DNA of 63,178 nucleotides, the filler included, from Octopus bimaculoides (taxonomy: Eukaryota): NCBI RefSeq assembly GCF_001194135.2. It is 8 parts of 8 records of this genome, joined end to end, with 100 filler letters (N's around TTAATTAATTAA, not from the genome) between each part and the next. Parts side by side here need not be neighbours in the genome. Positions count along the whole stretch, not along the records: positions 60,530 to 63,178 come from NW_026437492.1; 7 more parts are not named here. One strand, written 5' to 3'. This document shows, in pieces, positions 60,836 through 63,178 of this stretch. Position 1 is the stretch's first letter; every line of letters starts with the position of its first letter. The position numbers and the translations under genes were made by a program. The notes below the pieces were generated by a model that was not told where the DNA came from, made no database searches, and saw only the letters and a program-made list of their open reading frames with translations.

Positions 60836-61659
60836 CAAATATTTTAGACAGTAGTATTACAGACAGTAATATTATAATATTAACCTTTAAATGTAAACAG
60901 TGGTTTCCAAGAATTTTCAGTGGCTTCAGGAGACAAGTAACTTGGTAAACTATTTTAAGACATAACATAATCATGTGTAACATTTGCGGCAGAATTTTTG
61001 TTAAAGAAATAAAAGTAAAAGTAAATTGGAAAAAAGAAAAAAAAAATTAACATGGCATACACAATTGAAACAGCATGAAATTAAATCACAATCTGTGTTA
61101 CATACTAAATGTGAATTCACACTGGTNNNNNNNNNNNNNNNNNNNNNNNNNNNNNNNNNNNNNNNNNNNNNNNNNNNNNNNNNNNNNNNNNNNNNNNNNN
61201 NNNNNNNNNNNNNNNNNNNNNNNNNNNNNNNNNNNNNNNNNNNNNNNNNNNNNNNNNNNNNNNNNNNNNNNNNNNNNNNNNNNNNNNNNNNNNNNNNNNN
61301 NNNNNNNNNNNNNNNNNNNNNNNNNNNNNNNNNNNNNNNNNNNNNNNNNNNNNNNNNNNNNNNNNNNNNNNNNNNNNNNNNNNNNNNNNNNNNNNNNNNN
61401 NNNNNNNNNNNNNNNNNNNNNNNNNNNNNNNNNNNNNNNNNNNNNNNNNNNNNNNNNNNNNNNNNNNNNNNNNNNNNNNNNNNNNNNNNNNNNNNNNNNN
61501 NNNNNNNNNNNNNNNNNNNNNNNNNNNNNNNNNNNNNNNNNNNNNNNNNNNNNNNNNNNNNNNNNNNNNNNNNNNNNNNNNNNNNNNNNNNNNNNNNNNN
61601 NNNNNNNNNNNNNNNNNNNNNNNNNNNNNNNNNNNNNNNNNNNNNNNNNNNNNNNNNNG

Positions 61660-61980
61660 TTAAGAAGCTTGCCTTACAACCACTTGGTTTCAAGTTCAGT
61701 CTCATTGCATAGCCCCAGGCTGACAAGTACATCTTGAGTAAATTTGGTAGACAGAAATTGTGTGGAAGCCTTTTGCACAAGTACCTGCATGCATTTGTAC
61801 ATGTTCTACTCACCCACACACACAGCACTTTATTGACAACCAGTGTAGGTTTGTTTATGTCTCCATAACTTAATGGTTTCAGCAACAGGAGACGAATAGA
61901 ACAAATGCTGAGGGTCAATTTGTTCAAGTAAATAAATTCTTCAAGAAATTGCTCCAGCATGGCTAAAGATTAAAGACGAA
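61660..61980 (+). mobile_element. SINE family A, old copy
   Basis: aagcttgccttacaaccac..ttcaagttcagtc head; gacaaccagtgt..gctccagcatggc tail. Confidence 0.7.
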
Positions 61981-62699
61981 AGAAGTTTTCTTTTTTTTTT
62001 TTTAAGAGGTAAGAATAAATATCAATATTGACATCTAACTCCATCTCTTAAGTTCTGAGATTCTTGCTTCACTTTGCTTTGCTTCATCAAATGTTTGCAA
62101 TACAATTCTATATTTCTGAGATTAAGAACTTTTGTCTTGTATACTAGGAGAGTATTGTAGTTCGCTTGAAGCATTGAGTATTGTTTGTAAATAATAAAAG
62201 TTTAGAATGGTACAACAATGCACTATAGAACAAAAACTGGACTATACACCTGTTGTAATTTGGTTATCTATAGTCCCATGATATTTTGGAATTACAATTC
62301 CTTCTTCAGATATTCTTAGATGGAGTCTCTGCTATAAACTGTTTTCCAACGGTTTTCTTTTTCCAGAAGTGTCTCAATAGTGGTCTCATGAAGCTTCTAC
62401 CGAAATTCCTCATGAAAAGTGAGTGAGGTCTGCTATGTTTCAATCTCATGTGTGTTGGTACATCTGTGGCGCTGTTTCTAAGTTATGTGTTATACGGGCA
62501 GCTTCTCTTTTTTTTTCTTTTTTGCCCTTCTTTTCTTTTGTTAGAACAATATATGAGCATGTTAATAAGAATGAACCTACACACATCCAGATGTAGTTAA
62601 ATAATATATTGATTACCAACTTCCATCCTGTTGTTAATTTGGGGTCCTAGTCTGTATACTGTTTATATTGGTCAAATTGGTGTTCTCATCTTCAGTGTT

Positions 62700-62990
62700 G
62701 GTACCCATGGAAGAGGGAGACCCAGGAAGACTTGGGATGAAGTGGTAAGGACCGATCTCAGGAAGTCGGACCTCATGGAGGAAATAACAATGGACCGAAA
62801 TGTCTGATATGAAGTTCTTGAGAAGACCTGCCTTGAAGAATTTTTAATCAAACAAATCGACCCCAGTATTTAGTTTTTGTTTTGTGCCTGGTACTTATTC
62901 TATTGTTCTGCTAAGTTACAGGGACATAAACATATCAATACCAGTTGTCAAACAGTGGTGGGGGACAAACACAGACATAAAGACAAACAC
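62700..62990. mobile_element. RTE ORF-end fragment (+, 62700-62830) abutting a SINE-A tail (-, 62840-62990)
   Basis: RGRPRKTWDEVVRTDLRK..DRNV*YEVLEKT matches 22150-22270. Confidence 0.7.
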
Positions 62991-63025
62991 ACATAGTTAT
63001 ATGTATGTATGTATGTATGTATATT

Positions 63026-63178
63026 CAAGGTCTGATCAATAAGTATCCGGATTGGTGCAATAAAAACAAAACTACAACACGTGCCAGTTTGGCATTTAAT
63101 CCCCTTCAAAAGCCCACATTTAATCCAACACTGTTTCCATTGATGGAAGCATTCCTGGAACTCATTTTCTGGGATAAT
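63026..63178 (-). mobile_element. mariner terminal fragment running off the window
   Basis: TIR-like aggtctgatcaataagtatccgga next to (TATG)n. Confidence 0.55.

Noticed and set aside
62030-62450. Possible LINE RT trace on the minus strand (DNQITTGV*S..)
   Set aside because: A single weak motif with many stops; not enough to call.

Overview
AT-rich, gappy, microsatellite-saturated animal scaffold, not prokaryotic. The SINE families, (TA)n/(CA)n density and style of the zinc-finger gene fit Octopus best (inference, no search run). Only one host gene is supportable: a single-exon C2H2 zinc-finger ORF (34287-34946, six complete fingers, a frameshifted seventh, eroded fingers downstream). Almost everything else is transposon debris: Penelope-like elements (PLEs), RTE and CR1-like LINEs, at least four tRNA-headed SINE families, Tc1/mariner (including DD37D maT-type), Helitrons and a hAT-type MITE. 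The strongest non-obvious signal is RNA-structural. I read eight type I hammerhead-ribozyme-like motifs on both strands. Several have long (about 50-95 nt) insertions in stem II and palindromic loop-less stem III. One sits inside a short element with a Pol III tRNA-like head and an inverted copy of its own tail, which looks like a PLE-mobilised, ribozyme-bearing SINE (36890-37220). The CR1-like LINE 3' end also matches the 3' end of the commonest SINE, with a compensatorily changed stem-loop, pointing to a SINE-LINE partnership. Element boundaries were read by eye and may be off by tens of bases unless a TIR or TSD is quoted.
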